From assembly GCA_964035545.1 (NCBI GenBank), contig OZ037765.1, forward strand, positions 7,822,698 through 7,886,697: 64,000 bases of DNA. The letters are read 5' to 3'. Origin of the DNA: Bugula neritina. Its lineage: Eukaryota > Animalia > Bryozoa. A program made the position numbers and the translations under genes. The first letter of the stretch is position 1. Each line of letters starts with the position of its first letter. A model generated the notes under the pieces. The model had not been told where the DNA came from. It did no database searches and saw only the letters and a list, made by a program, of their open reading frames with translations. Below, in pieces: positions 27,090 to 49,039 of this stretch.

Positions 27090-27830
27090 CAATCTAATTA
27101 CTACTAGTAATGTAGTGCTAGTAATAGCAAGAACAATTATACTTATACGTATAGTTATACTTAGTCTTATAATTATAGGCCACATCATTTTATTTACTTT
27201 TAGTAAATAGACAGTTAGGCGCACTTCAGTCAAGGTTAATGTTAGACTTATTACATTTACTATTACTATTACTATTAGTAATAGTATTACTATTATTATT
27301 ACTATTATTAGTATAAATATAAATTCATTACTGTTAAGCATAAGTATTAGCACCATCACTGTGACTTTTACTTCTAGTAAAGTAGTATTTATACTATAGA
27401 TCATCACTGTTGAAATTAAATGTAAAACACTGCCTACTAATAGTAAAAGTAAAAACTAGTAAGTACTAAGTCATGCTCATAGTGATGATATAACTATAAG
27501 TATTAGTTATACTATTAATAATACTTATACTTATACTAATACTTGTAGTTAAACTTAAAATTATAGTTATACTGAGTTACTCACACTGTTATAGTGATAA
27601 CAGTTAATCATTAAGTTTAACTGTTAGTGTTATCACTATAACTATAAGTATAACAGTATGACTATGAGTATAACTATAAGTATAACTATAAGTATAACTA
27701 TAAGTATAAGAGTTATACTTATAGTTATAGTATAACTGTTATAGTTATACTCATACTTAAAGCCATAGCAATAGCCAATACTAATACTAATAGTAATAGT
27801 AATACTAATAGTAATAGTAATAATTTGGAC
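27090..27830. repeat. Degenerate hexamer-periodic array upstream of the zinc-finger CDS
   Basis: (actataagtata)x3 near 27673-27708, then the inverted form agttatacttatagttat, then (aatagt/aatact)n. Confidence 0.8.
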
Positions 27831-29374
27831 TTCAAAGTTTCCTAATAGCAGTAGTAGCTTACTAATTTAGCAGAAGAGTATAGCTGGCTGACAGGTGCCT
27901 CAGTTTAGTGTAGTGAAGTATCAATAAATTATTTAGATATAATTATATCCTCATGAAAAATTCTGAATTTTGATTGGAGTTTAGTAGAAGCGATAGACTT
28001 AGTGTTAGGTCCCGCCCACCACCAACTGTAACACCCCATGAAGCCACGGCTAGCGGTTTTCTAAATGATAAACATTAAGACAATACAACTCCTAATTCAG
28101 TCTAACATAAGTTCTCATTCATTGATGACAATATGGGATGCATCTACAATATTGTTGAGGGGTTAACTCAATATAATTAGAATACTAGTATCATGATGTA
28201 CTATATCTGCGTCCCAAGGCCAAAACTAGTCTCGGCAAGGCGAATGTTTTTTTGGTGTAACTTTATTGCTTATATTATGCTTTATATATAATTATATTAT
28301 ATCCTTTAGCTAAAACCCTTTATTAATCTGTAACAATGTTATGATTATTTTAGGTAATTTTCATTATACCTAAAATAATTATCTACTAGCTTGGCTTTGC
28401 GTTTATGATATTAAATGTGAAGCATCAATAGATTACCTTATTCTTGCATAAATTGATGCAGGAACGGGTATTCTGGGGTTGTGTGGTTTGGAAATCTGCG
28501 TCTCACCTTTTAGGTGCTCTCTTCGCTTCTATCTCTATATCTTCTCTCTTCTATTTCTTCACATCCACAAAGAGAAATATTAGAGTGAGTTTGTGATCTG
28601 GTGTTATGAAAGGGAGGGGGGTTGGGGCTACACGTCTATGTGTATCTATTTAAGTTCTCAATCAATAAAAATATTTGGGGCAGCAATGTATAGCTATGCT
28701 AATGAGTGTCATATTGTTTAGTTAGTCCTGCATAGATGTAAAAACATAATAATAGCATAGCGGATAGTCTCTCATTGTTTCTTGTTTTAATTGTCTCTTT
28801 CATCATTGTAATTAGAGTAGGCCTAGTATTGCCTATCAAGCTGTGTATTATCTAGCAGCTAACTAACTACTGTTTGGCCTAATTACAGGCTGCTATGTCA
28901 GCATGTCCATTGCTCCTCTAGCTACTAGAACATTAAAGACAAAAATGCAACCTACTAATACATAAAAACTATAAGAAAGAAAAACTACATCATCTATGTA
29001 CTGATGCACTTTGTATAATAGCCAAGTAAAATGTGTCATTTCTATATAGAACAACAATAAAACGCAAGATATATAGCAGAACCGGCACCCAAGCGACTTT
29101 AACAAATGTATAAAAAATCTAAATATTGCAACATTTCAAAGTAATTGGTACAGTAAAAAAGAAATAATATTCACATTAGCAGCAAGAATACGCTTAGCAA
29201 TTAGTACACACATAGCTCTGTTCTCACACTATGAGATGCTGCAGATAATCTCATCCTTTAATTTTATAATATTATTATATTATTATTTTAGTATATTATA
29301 AGTTCTTATGTGACTGAAAGTCAGCTTTTACAACTCAATACATAAAAAAATACATGCTGTTTACTGCAGCAATA

Positions 29375-29603
29375 AGCTCCAACTGCCTTACTTGTGCCAT
29401 GATGTTAGAATGATGAAACTAGCTATAGCCACAAGTACGATATCACTGTGCAGCAGAAAATTAACTAGGATGTGTTTATTTTTACTATATGAATCTAAAG
29501 ATAATCAAAGCATAAAAAAGTTACAGGAGGAATTAATGATATGGGGAAATTTAATGTAATAAGAAATATGTGTATTTAACTACAATTAATGTTATAGCTA
29601 ATG
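29375..29603 (+). repeat. Dispersed ~225-bp repeat, copy 2
   Basis: Direct-orientation homolog of 22481-22705. Confidence 0.85.
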
Positions 29604-32029
29604 CATTATGTGTACTGTATATTATTGTAATAAGAAGGTTTTTACCGAGATTGGTAAAGTTTTGATGAGTACAGCTTCTGGTATCTCATTATACTCTATA
29701 GTCTATAGCATTGTCATTAAAATAATGACTAAAACTGATATCATTGAAGTTGTTGCCTCTTGAACTAACTTGGTTCTTCTTGAGAAAATAAAGGACACAT
29801 TGGTTATACTTTTCGCTTGACAAAACAAAAGATAATTTTCAATTATCAAAATTTAAAAGAATATCTTTTATGAAATAGCTTTTTGTAATTTTTCTTTAAA
29901 TATTTCTATTTGCTTGAAACGTGGCCAAAAGTTGCACCCCTTCTGGTCTCAACAAAGAATTTGTTTTACCATGAATGCAATATCAACACCAAAACAAAAT
30001 GAAAATTACAACCCTAGAGATTATATTGCAAACCTTGTTCAACTTATGATACACCAAATAATCTTGTAGTGTGAAGACTAGACCAACAGGCTGAGCAATG
30101 GAAATGCTTCATACCAAGCCAGGGTACTAGTAATTATTGCAATTAATAGACAGCATCCTTTAGTTGGTCTGATAGCTCAATTTCATAAGGTAACCTTAAC
30201 TATCTATGTTAGGCTATTGGGTGCAGCGGATTCAAATCTACTAAATGTGAAAATTATTATTCAAAATGATACAAAGTTGTATAAAACATTTTTACTTAAT
30301 GAAATGAACAACGAAATATGCAATGAACAGACAGTTTATTATAATTAAAATCTGATATGAAACTGTGAGGGTACATGAAACTATATAAAACTCTAGTTGG
30401 AAGGACCCATATTATATAATGCAGCTGGACTAAGTTAAACCAGAAAAAAGCATTCAAATAACAATATTAAAGAATTAACATAAAAATTAAACTACTTTTA
30501 CCAATTGACAATAGCGAACAGTAAATAAAACATTTTAGCACTAATGTTCATTCTATACTAGCAAACTACTGCACAACAATTGGAACCATTGAAATCATGC
30601 AGGAATATAATATTTGATTAGAAAAATCAGCACACAATGTGGTAGAGTATTGGAATGAACTGATAACTGAAATAACATAAAGTGCTATGATATATATACA
30701 ATAAACAACATATTTACGTTTTAGTAACATCTACAGCCATCAAATGACCTAATGACTTGAGATCAGACTATCCCAAACCAAGTCTGGAATAATGTACCTT
30801 ACTAAAAACTTCTTGCTACATGCCATTGTCTAAATTTCAGGTGCTATCAAATCCACAGAACACTAACTGAGGTATAATAAAAGATTACAGTATAATTAGC
30901 TGCAGCACGATTTAATGCCTCTAATAATTACGAAGTTACATAAGCTAAGGTTCACACACTATGTTACAATCAGTACTATGATCATAGAACATAAGCATTT
31001 GAATGAATATCCATATTATGAGGTAAATTAATATAAATCAAGACTTTCTAGCAGGCTCAGTTCAAAATTACTTGTTGCGTCTTCATTAGACAAAACTTTT
31101 AATTTTTATCATCAATTTCAAAAACTAGGACAAGTATCAACTTGTAGCTACTCAACTTCACAACCATTCTAAATGTCCGTCACATTAATTTGTACAAAGC
31201 AAACTCGAAAATGTAAAGCACTGAACTAAAGTCATAAAAAGCAAACTAAACGTTTTCAATAATACAGTAACTAGAGGACAAGAGATAAAATAGTATAATT
31301 TCATGCACAAAAGTAACAGAGAGAGATTCTAAATTAACTAAATATAAATTATCATAATCAATCATAAATTGAATTGCCTGCACTTATAAAAATACATCTA
31401 TATGTACAGAATTTCAAAAAACAAGTCAAAGCAATTACGCTAACCGCTACTTCACATTGAGCAACACAAATCGTTTAAACAGCATTAGACTGTTACTACA
31501 GTTTCCTTCTATTATATAAACCAATATCTTTCAAAAATAGAAAACAAACTCTTGACTGCAGTAGAGGGCCATACAAACAATGCACAAGAATCACCGGTAA
31601 CATTCTAGTACAACTGATCCAGCGGTTTCAGTTACTTTCACTTGTCAGCACATTAAAACCTGCATTACATTCTGTTTTCACACAACACAATAGCTAATTT
31701 CCTAAATATATAAATGTTAGATAAAACTACAAATATTGGATACTGTAGCTATAATGGAATAATAAAATGAACAACTATATTGCTATAATACTGAGATATC
31801 ACTTATATGACGTATACACTTAAACTTTGAAAGAAATATCAAAACAATTAAATCACGATAAATAAAAATACAAAATAAATTAATCTAGCAGCTTATAAGT
31901 GGAACACTAACCTAAAAATTGTGACTTTCTTATCCAAACAAAGATAAGTTAGTTATAGAACTACATGCAATAAATTTACATCACAGTCGTCTACATACAG
32001 GATGTAGCGTGAATAATAACAAAGTTCAG

Positions 32030-41089
<9,060 letters not shown>

Positions 41090-42584
41090 GGCCTATACCC
41101 TGAAATTGATAGTCTCATCTGCTCACTAAAAGCATAAATCAATTAAAGTACATATGGCAAAGATTGAGAATAACGTACTCAGATATAATATACTCTCTCA
41201 ACCTGATGGTAGCAAACAAATAACAGGAATTTAAAAGGCCTCTTTGCATTGTAGCCATCAAGGCTATACACAATTGCACTAACTCAAATTGGTTGATTGC
41301 TAGGAATAGAAAACTGGAAAAATTATGAGCGTGTGTTTTTTATAACTATTTGATGCATTAAAAGACTTCTATTAATAATAACAATAAAAAATATTTCTAC
41401 AGTTCACTTAGATCAGACATGAACGAGATGAAAAAGACATGTAATAAGCTTTTCTCTCCGCTAACAAATTAAATTACTATACCAGCCCAACACTTCATCA
41501 GTTTTAACAGTATGTGAAACAGAAGAAGCTAAAACTATCACACTTTACATGAATCATTGATGACATGCCTATGAAATGAAATATAATATAATTATGCCTA
41601 CATCTGCTATCCATTTTATGCTATTTTCACAGTCATATTTAGAATAAGTTGTCCCAGAAAATTAAAATCAAAGTTGAAATATGGGCTTAGATTTCACAAT
41701 TTCGGGCTACTTGATTATTTGAAATATATAACCGAGCATTATTAGTGGAGACCTTTCAAAAAGAGAGCTCTTTCAAATGATTAGCTGCCGCAACAAATTA
41801 AGATTTAAATTTGAAGAACTGGGTAACAAAAAATCTAAAGTAAAAGTTATTCAAGAGCTTTACAACCAGCTAAATGCTGTTAAATAGTCAGCAACTGTAA
41901 TCACCGGTTTCAAAGCTACAGCTATTTAAAGAAACTAAATGGACAATTTCAAGCAGTGCCACCAATTGTAAGCACTTGTTACTGGCAACAAATGGGGATT
42001 ATGGCAAAATAATGTTGAAAATTTAAATTTTTCAATTGAAACTGGTTAACAAAGTTGAGGAGTTCAATTTTGATTTTGACATTTTGATTTATTTATCATG
42101 CTTATTAAAATTATATTGAGATTGAGCATCAACAGCATAATAATGATAATAGAGTTATAAAATTGTAGCCAGCATTTTTGAGTTTGTCTCATTTTGCTTT
42201 TGATTATCATTCAGGTTAGCTAGGTAGTCCTGTCACTGTGAGTGTTAATTTCAATTATTTTAGTAATGCAAAGAAGTAGTTACTAATACTCTTAACAATA
42301 AAAAGTCATACTTAATAACTTGAAGCAAAATTTATATAAATAATTTATATATCATTTAAATTTCAATTAAGAAGATATTGAAATTTTGAATGATTTAGTA
42401 AAGGCTAGACCAAATGTAGCCACAACTAAAGGCTAATATTTCATAACTGATACAGTATGACTTAATCTTATAGCTATTAACTGGTATCCCAATACTATCA
42501 CAGTATTAGTATTATTATAAGCAACATGAACATAGTTATGATTAGACTTACACTAACATACTCTTCAAATTGCATTTAGTTTTA

Positions 42585-43450
42585 CTACTACAGTACTAGT
42601 ATATACTAGCACTATTACTATTAGTATTTATTTAAACTATTCTAAATGTATTTTTATAAATGATATGACTATGAAATTGAATATCATCATGAATACTGAA
42701 AGTGAATATCAATATAAATATTTACAATTACTGTGCTCATCTGGCTCTCAAGTTCAACTATGCTCATAGCAGTAGCATAACTCTACCGAATAATTATAAA
42801 CAATCATAATATTCTTTTATCATTAGATTATGTCTAACAACTAACACTAACAAATTATGATTAAATTTAATCAATAGTAATAACTAATAAGTAATAATAA
42901 TATTATTACTATTAGTAACATAGTATTACTATTACTTATACTTATAGTTATTAGTATTAGATTTACTCTTAGTATTAGATTTAGTATGGCTATTACTAGT
43001 AGATTTAGAGAATTACTTTAACTTTAAGTAAAACATTAACTATAATAATAACTAATAGTAATAGTAATACTCAAATACTGAATAGTAATAAGTAAAAGCT
43101 AAAAGTTAAATAACTAATAAGTTTCAATTATAACTAATAACTATAACTATAACTTATAGTATAAGTATAAGTAATATTAATAACTAATAAGTAATAAGTA
43201 ATAACTATAAGACTTGGTGCTAATACTAGTATTAGTAATAGTATTACTATTAGTATTAGTATTACCATTGGTATTAGTACTACTATTAGTATTAGTGTAA
43301 GTGTAACTAATAGTAATTACTAATTAGTGTAACTAATTGTCTTACTAGTTACTAGTAACTATGTGAGTATGTCTGTAACATTAACTCACTATAACTCTAA
43401 CTGTATAAGTATAACTATAAATTTAAAGTATAAGTTTTTAAGCTGGTTAT
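42585..43450. repeat. Degenerate hexamer-periodic array in the MEIOC 5' region
   Basis: aataactaataagtaataataa, actataactataacttatagtataagtataagt and agtattagtattacc units. Confidence 0.8.
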
Positions 43451-45165
43451 AAAGTATTAGTTGTTAGTTGAAAATTGATTGTAAAACTAAATGTATACTC
43501 ATACTAATAGCTTTCATTTAAAATCCAGCCACGAGTGAAACTGAATGTTGATATAACATCGCGGTCGTACTAACTTCACAACGGCAACGTGATTCTCATT
43601 CAGATCAAAACAAAACCAAAACAAACATTCATCTTAAAAAAATTACTTTAAACTCTGCATACATACCAAGTCATGCAAAAATATATGAGTAATACACCAT
43701 ATTTACACATTTAGCCTTCATACATGTAAAATTATCAAACGAAAACCTTTCCTTTGCCGAGAGAATTCAACTTTTTAATATTTTACATGTGAAAATTTCC
43801 CAGCTGGTTTCGACAATAATGGCGCTTTTGCTGTTACAATATTTGATTACACCTCCCTCCAATGAAATGGGAGGTGAGTTGAATAGCGTAAAAGTAAGCC
43901 ACTATAGTGCATTTAAAATTTCTTTTTATTATTAAAATGCTTTTAATGTAATGGTTTGTATAGGAAAAAATAGTTTCTTCATATGTATTTGTTTCTAATA
44001 AAGTTTCTTTATTATTTTACTGTATGATAAAAAACAAAATGGAAAATTCATCATCACATGTCAACGCAAAGAGCGCTAAACATCAGCGAAATGCGCACGT
44101 GTTGATAATGCCAATACAAACAGCATGTGTTTTCGAGAAAACAACTCGAAAATATAATATTTGTTTTATGCCATTTTTTCAATGAGCTTGTCCAATGTCT
44201 ATACTCTATATTAACTTTGAAATAATTTAAATTGAGAGTAATTAAGTTCTGAATGAAAAGTTTTCATAAACATTTTTCAATCCCAAGTTCTGCACCCAAA
44301 TGACATTATCTAGCTTTCTAAAGACATCATATGCAATAGGTTTCATGAAGTGCAGTCTGTACCAATAATATAATATGGAAGTACGATTTGCTTAAAAAGC
44401 TATGTTGGCATATATGCATTTATCTCAATGTGCATGTGTTGTGTGTATATTATATTATCCTTATAACAGTTAAAAAAATTAGTTTATGGGCTTTTTTGCA
44501 CTAACAAAGTTCTCATACGAAACGAAACCTTTGTCTCATAGAGGTATTGAGGTAAAAGCATACAACTCCCTAGCCTGGTTATTTATATTGACTAGTCATG
44601 CAAAGTTGCTGCTACAAATATCAGGATTGTTTTATTCTTTGCTTAATAACTTAATATGATTATCTGTGGGCCACATGATAAAACCAAGCAAATTTTCCCC
44701 AATATGTTGCTACAAATAACTCCTCAGGTAACTAATTGCAGCATGCGACACATTACAAGTACTATCATTGGACAGAGCACCACAGAGGACATTCTAACAC
44801 AGCAAGGGTAACTGGCACATTGTGAAGGGTGTAATTGTGCAATATATGTAAATGCGCAGGCAGCATGTTATTAATTATACATTCAACAGATCTATTAAGA
44901 TATAATCCAAAAGCTCACTTAAAAATATCATTGTCTGCAAATTATTGGTTCATTATAATGCAGCTTTTATTTTAGTCTACAATTTAATATAACAGCTGGC
45001 AGTTTAGATGTACTGACAAAAGCATTTCACATAAACAGATGACATTTGAGCATAAGTATATTTTATTTGCAGAGAATTAGTCTATTACCCATGCATAGAC
45101 TGATACACAACTTAATGAGCTAAACAATTACAAAAATAAAACAGATGTACAAATTTCAAATGGTG

Positions 45166-45969
45166 CTAAATATACTGAGGTTCTAATCTCCACAGCATTT
45201 CTTGGGAAAGTTTGTGCTCATCAGCTGCATGAAAGGTATGAAGAGCCGAGTTGTTCATTACATTTTCTAGAGAACTGCTCTTGACCACTATCTTATGTGT
45301 ACGCATAAGAGGAAACGCCTGATGTACAAAGTGGTATTTGCTAGTAAGTTCTGAATAGGTTAACTGTGTTTCTAGACCATTCAGGTCATTTCCTAACAAT
45401 ATCACATTTGATAAACAGTTCCAATTCTTCCACAGGAGATTATTAAACAACTCAAATGGACACCTGGGCATAAAAAACAGTGTTTTTCTTTCAACAAAGT
45501 GCTTCCCACTATCATTCTCTGTTAATATAGAAAGCTGTAAACCATTCAAGAGCCTAATGTCATGTTTACTAAAAACGGGATCAAACAGTGTTACAGGAAC
45601 TGCCAATATGTCTCTTATTGCTAATAATAAAGCTAACTGCTGTCTACTAGCATAAGTTCCATGACCATCAAACAAGCTACCTAAACCATAGCACACAACT
45701 TCTTGTATATTTTCACTGCTATGCACTGTCTTCACTAAGTTACTGAGGAAGTCCCATATCCGATCTGAAGTGATTTCAACTTTGCTTGCCAAAACTCTTT
45801 TATGTATTGAATTTATTTCATCTGCTACTATGCCTGGTTCTTCTGAGGAAGATAAATAGCTTTTTGGTAATATTTCATTATGTTGGGATGATCCTTGATG
45901 TTTTGAATGATTACAATGACTTCTGGTATTCTTTTTCCGCTTTACCAACACAAAACCATCTTCTTCCAT
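45166..45969 (-). CDS. SRRD: SRR1-like protein
   Basis: Single coding exon; ATG at 45969 follows a TTTAG acceptor. Motifs VVCYGLGS, SRQQLALLL, LFDPVFS, TLFFMPRCPFELFNNLLWKNW and ILLGN match the SRR1 domain. Confidence 0.9.
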   Translation of the reverse strand: MEEDGFVLVKRKKNTRSHCNHSKHQGSSQHNEILPKSYLSSSEEPGIVADEINSIHKRVLASKVEITSDRIWDFLSNLVKTVHSSENIQEVVCYGLGSLFDGHGTYASRQQLALLLAIRDILAVPVTLFDPVFSKHDIRLLNGLQLSILTENDSGKHFVERKTLFFMPRCPFELFNNLLWKNWNCLSNVILLGNDLNGLETQLTYSELTSKYHFVHQAFPLMRTHKIVVKSSSLENVMNNSALHTFHAADEHKLSQEMLWRLEPQYI

Positions 45970-46564
45970 CCTAAAGTTTAAAAATTTTAAAATGAGTTGC
46001 TTGGTTGTTAAGAGTGCCTGAATTGAACATAAAAACAGGAGGTATTGCAAGCAATGAATTTACAGTAGACAGTACATGAAGCAACATGCATGTGAAGTGC
46101 ACTAAAAATTAGACCATAACTTACTCAAAAAATGTCTGCTGGAAATAATACGATAGCAAAAAACTAAAACCATGCTACTAAAGTGTATAGTGCTACCACA
46201 TATAACTAATAAAATTAAGGACAAAAGATTAATATTTTGGAAAGAAACACTTTCTAGTTAGCATTTTAGAAGAGACTAATGACTAATTCTTAGAAAAAGT
46301 AAAAAATATTTAATTTCAAGACAGCCTAGTACTGGGTAAATTAAATAAAGCCAGATTGTAAAACTTGAAATATATTATTTAATAAAATAACAAAAGGTCA
46401 AACTTTAGTTTTATAATAAGATTGATTACAAATATCAATATAGATTGGGTATTCAGATTATAATGATACTAGATATCATCAAATTTAATATTTCTTTTGA
46501 TATGCATTAATCTAATCACATATCCTGCAAAAAATTAGAATAAGACCAATATCACAATTTAAAG

Positions 46565-47515
46565 AACCTAATACTAATAGTAATATTACACATTTTTATC
46601 ACTAAGTCAGCATTTATACTAATACTAATCTAGCTTTACTTATAGTTATACTATTACTACTGTTATAAACACTATGACTAATCATTAATAACTGTTATAG
46701 CAATACGAATCTGAGTAATAGTAAGAGACATGGTGATACTAATCCTTATAATAATAACGATAATCATGTAAATGTAATGTTTACACTTATAATTATAGAC
46801 TTCTAGTTATAGTAATATTAAAAGTAAATTCCTAATAGTTATACTGATGCTAATAGTAATAGGTATTTATTAATTAGTGTTACTAATTATACTTAAAGTA
46901 ATAGTAATACTATAGTAACAGTATTGTATTAATATTACTAATAAACATAGTTACCAGTTACACTTAGTCTTACTCAGTTACTGTTACTCAAAACTGTTAG
47001 CAACACTAAAAGTAATATTAATACTAATAGTAATAGTATTTGGTAATTATAATTATTACTAGAAATTATAATTATATATTTACTATTAATATTACTAACA
47101 TAAATTCAAATTTGCCATGCCTTTTGACTGATGGTCATACTGATACTCATAACTCATAAGCTTTGAGTATCACTATTAGTATGACCATCACTCACTCTCA
47201 GTCAATCAGTGAATATGATCGGACTTACTTTCAATTCTAGTTACTGTTAGTGTTAATGCTACTGCTGAACTTAGTGTTAGGAAGTTGAGTATTTAAGTTA
47301 GTGCTACATTTAGTCTTACAGCTACTGTTAAGGGTTTGGGGTTAGTACTATTAGCACTAGCTACTACTACTACCAGCAGCTGTAATATTTAAATTTTAAT
47401 CAATTTTAACATCAAAATGAAAATGAAAATCAATTTTTTTAATTTAAATTTCATAATTTCATTTACTTTTAGTTTTAGTTTTAGTCATACTCATTGTGAT
47501 CGTCATTACTTCTTT
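46565..47515. repeat. Degenerate hexamer-periodic array on the SRRD side of the bidirectional promoter
   Basis: aatactaatagtaatatt, acttatagttatactattactact and agttactgttagtgtt units. Confidence 0.75.
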
Positions 47516-47789
47516 AAGCAGTAGCAACACCAAAGCCTTGAGCTTATGTGAGGTCACTAGCAAAAATTGCACATCTCTATAGCTCAAGTATAACTACCTA
47601 GAAACTGCTCAAGTTTAATGGTGAAACTGAACATTACCAACTTCAAAGTGAGAGTGAAACAATGCACCTATGCACTTTCAAATAATAAGGAAGATAACTC
47701 TATAAATTGTCTAAAAGAGTCAATACTCAATAGTGAATAGGAACTTTATAGAACAGTGATAGACAACTCCAAATCAAGGAGCTAGCATA

Positions 47790-48032
47790 ATAATATAGCC
47801 CACGTGCGTGTACTAACATCATGGTTAAGTCTCATGGTTATAAATTTACAATTACATACATAATGATAATACTTGAAGTAAAAGTTAATATAATAATGTA
47901 ATTAAAAACACTAACATCAACAGTCTTCCTGGCTTTTAATTTTATATTTCAGTGTGAAAAAAACTTGTATCTGTAGTAACACTAACAGTGACTTTAGGCA
48001 GCACGTCACTTGAACTTGGCTCCGTACCGGTA
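47790..48032. promoter_or_regulatory. Putative core of the SRRD/METTL18 bidirectional promoter
   Basis: CpG-containing island between two periodic arrays. E-box CACGTG at 47801 and CRE-like CACGTCAC at ~48002. The genes are head-to-head. Confidence 0.45.
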
Positions 48033-48655
48033 CTTATACTTATACTTATTGATAAGATAACTAGTTAATGTTATACTTATACTTATAGTTATACTTATAG
48101 ATAATTAGATATAGTTATCCTAAACTTAAAGTAAAAGTAAAAGTCCCATGGAATATCAATATCATTAACTGATTAAAAATAAGTATAACATTACAAATAT
48201 GTCAATGTCATCATTATGATTAACTTTAAGTTTAACTTCAACTATAACTATCGTCTATCAGGATCACTATCAGTATCACTATGACTATGAGTATGATACT
48301 CAGACGTATCATACTCTAACAGTAATTCATACTCATACTGATACTGACTATGATTCACTATGAGTATGAGTATGATACTCACTATCTGTATCTCTATGTC
48401 TTATTGTCTATAACTAAGATTGAGTATAAGAATTAAAATATCAATATAATTATAAGAATACTTATTGACAATAAAAGTGAATAATACAATTAAATAAAAT
48501 TTTAAATACTTATACTAATAGTAATAGTATTAGTAATAGCTGTAATGCCTAATACTAATATAACATTAACTATAAATAATAAAGTTATAACTTAATTTGA
48601 TTCCATAAGATTAACTTAATGTTAAAGTAAAAGTGTAACTGTAAATCTAAATGAC
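48033..48655. repeat. Degenerate hexamer-periodic array on the METTL18 side of the bidirectional promoter
   Basis: (acttat)x3, agttatacttat, actatcagtatcactatgactatgagtatg and actcatactgatact units. Confidence 0.8.
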
Positions 48656-49039
48656 AAAAGCCAGAGGTGCTCCAAGCTCAACTTTGCACCATGACCATAG
48701 TCCATAATAATCATAATGAACTCACTTGCTTAAAAAAATTTTTGCAGCTGATAAATGGGTGATTTCAGTTTACTTCTTACACACAGGCACACACATTTTT
48801 TTAATATGGTTGGTCCAATGGAAAACAGATTTATGAATTCGATAAACAGACAGTTACTAAGCTGCCTTGTAATTCAGTTTGATTTAGCCTATACTGAACA
48901 GTTCATTTTTTTGCATCAGCTCAAATGGAATTAAATGTGTATATATGTATTATTTTGAGCTACATTGTTTAAGCTTTATTCTTGTTTTATTTATGTGCAA
49001 ACCATTTTTTTAATTGTAGTGATTTTGTGTTTATTTTAG

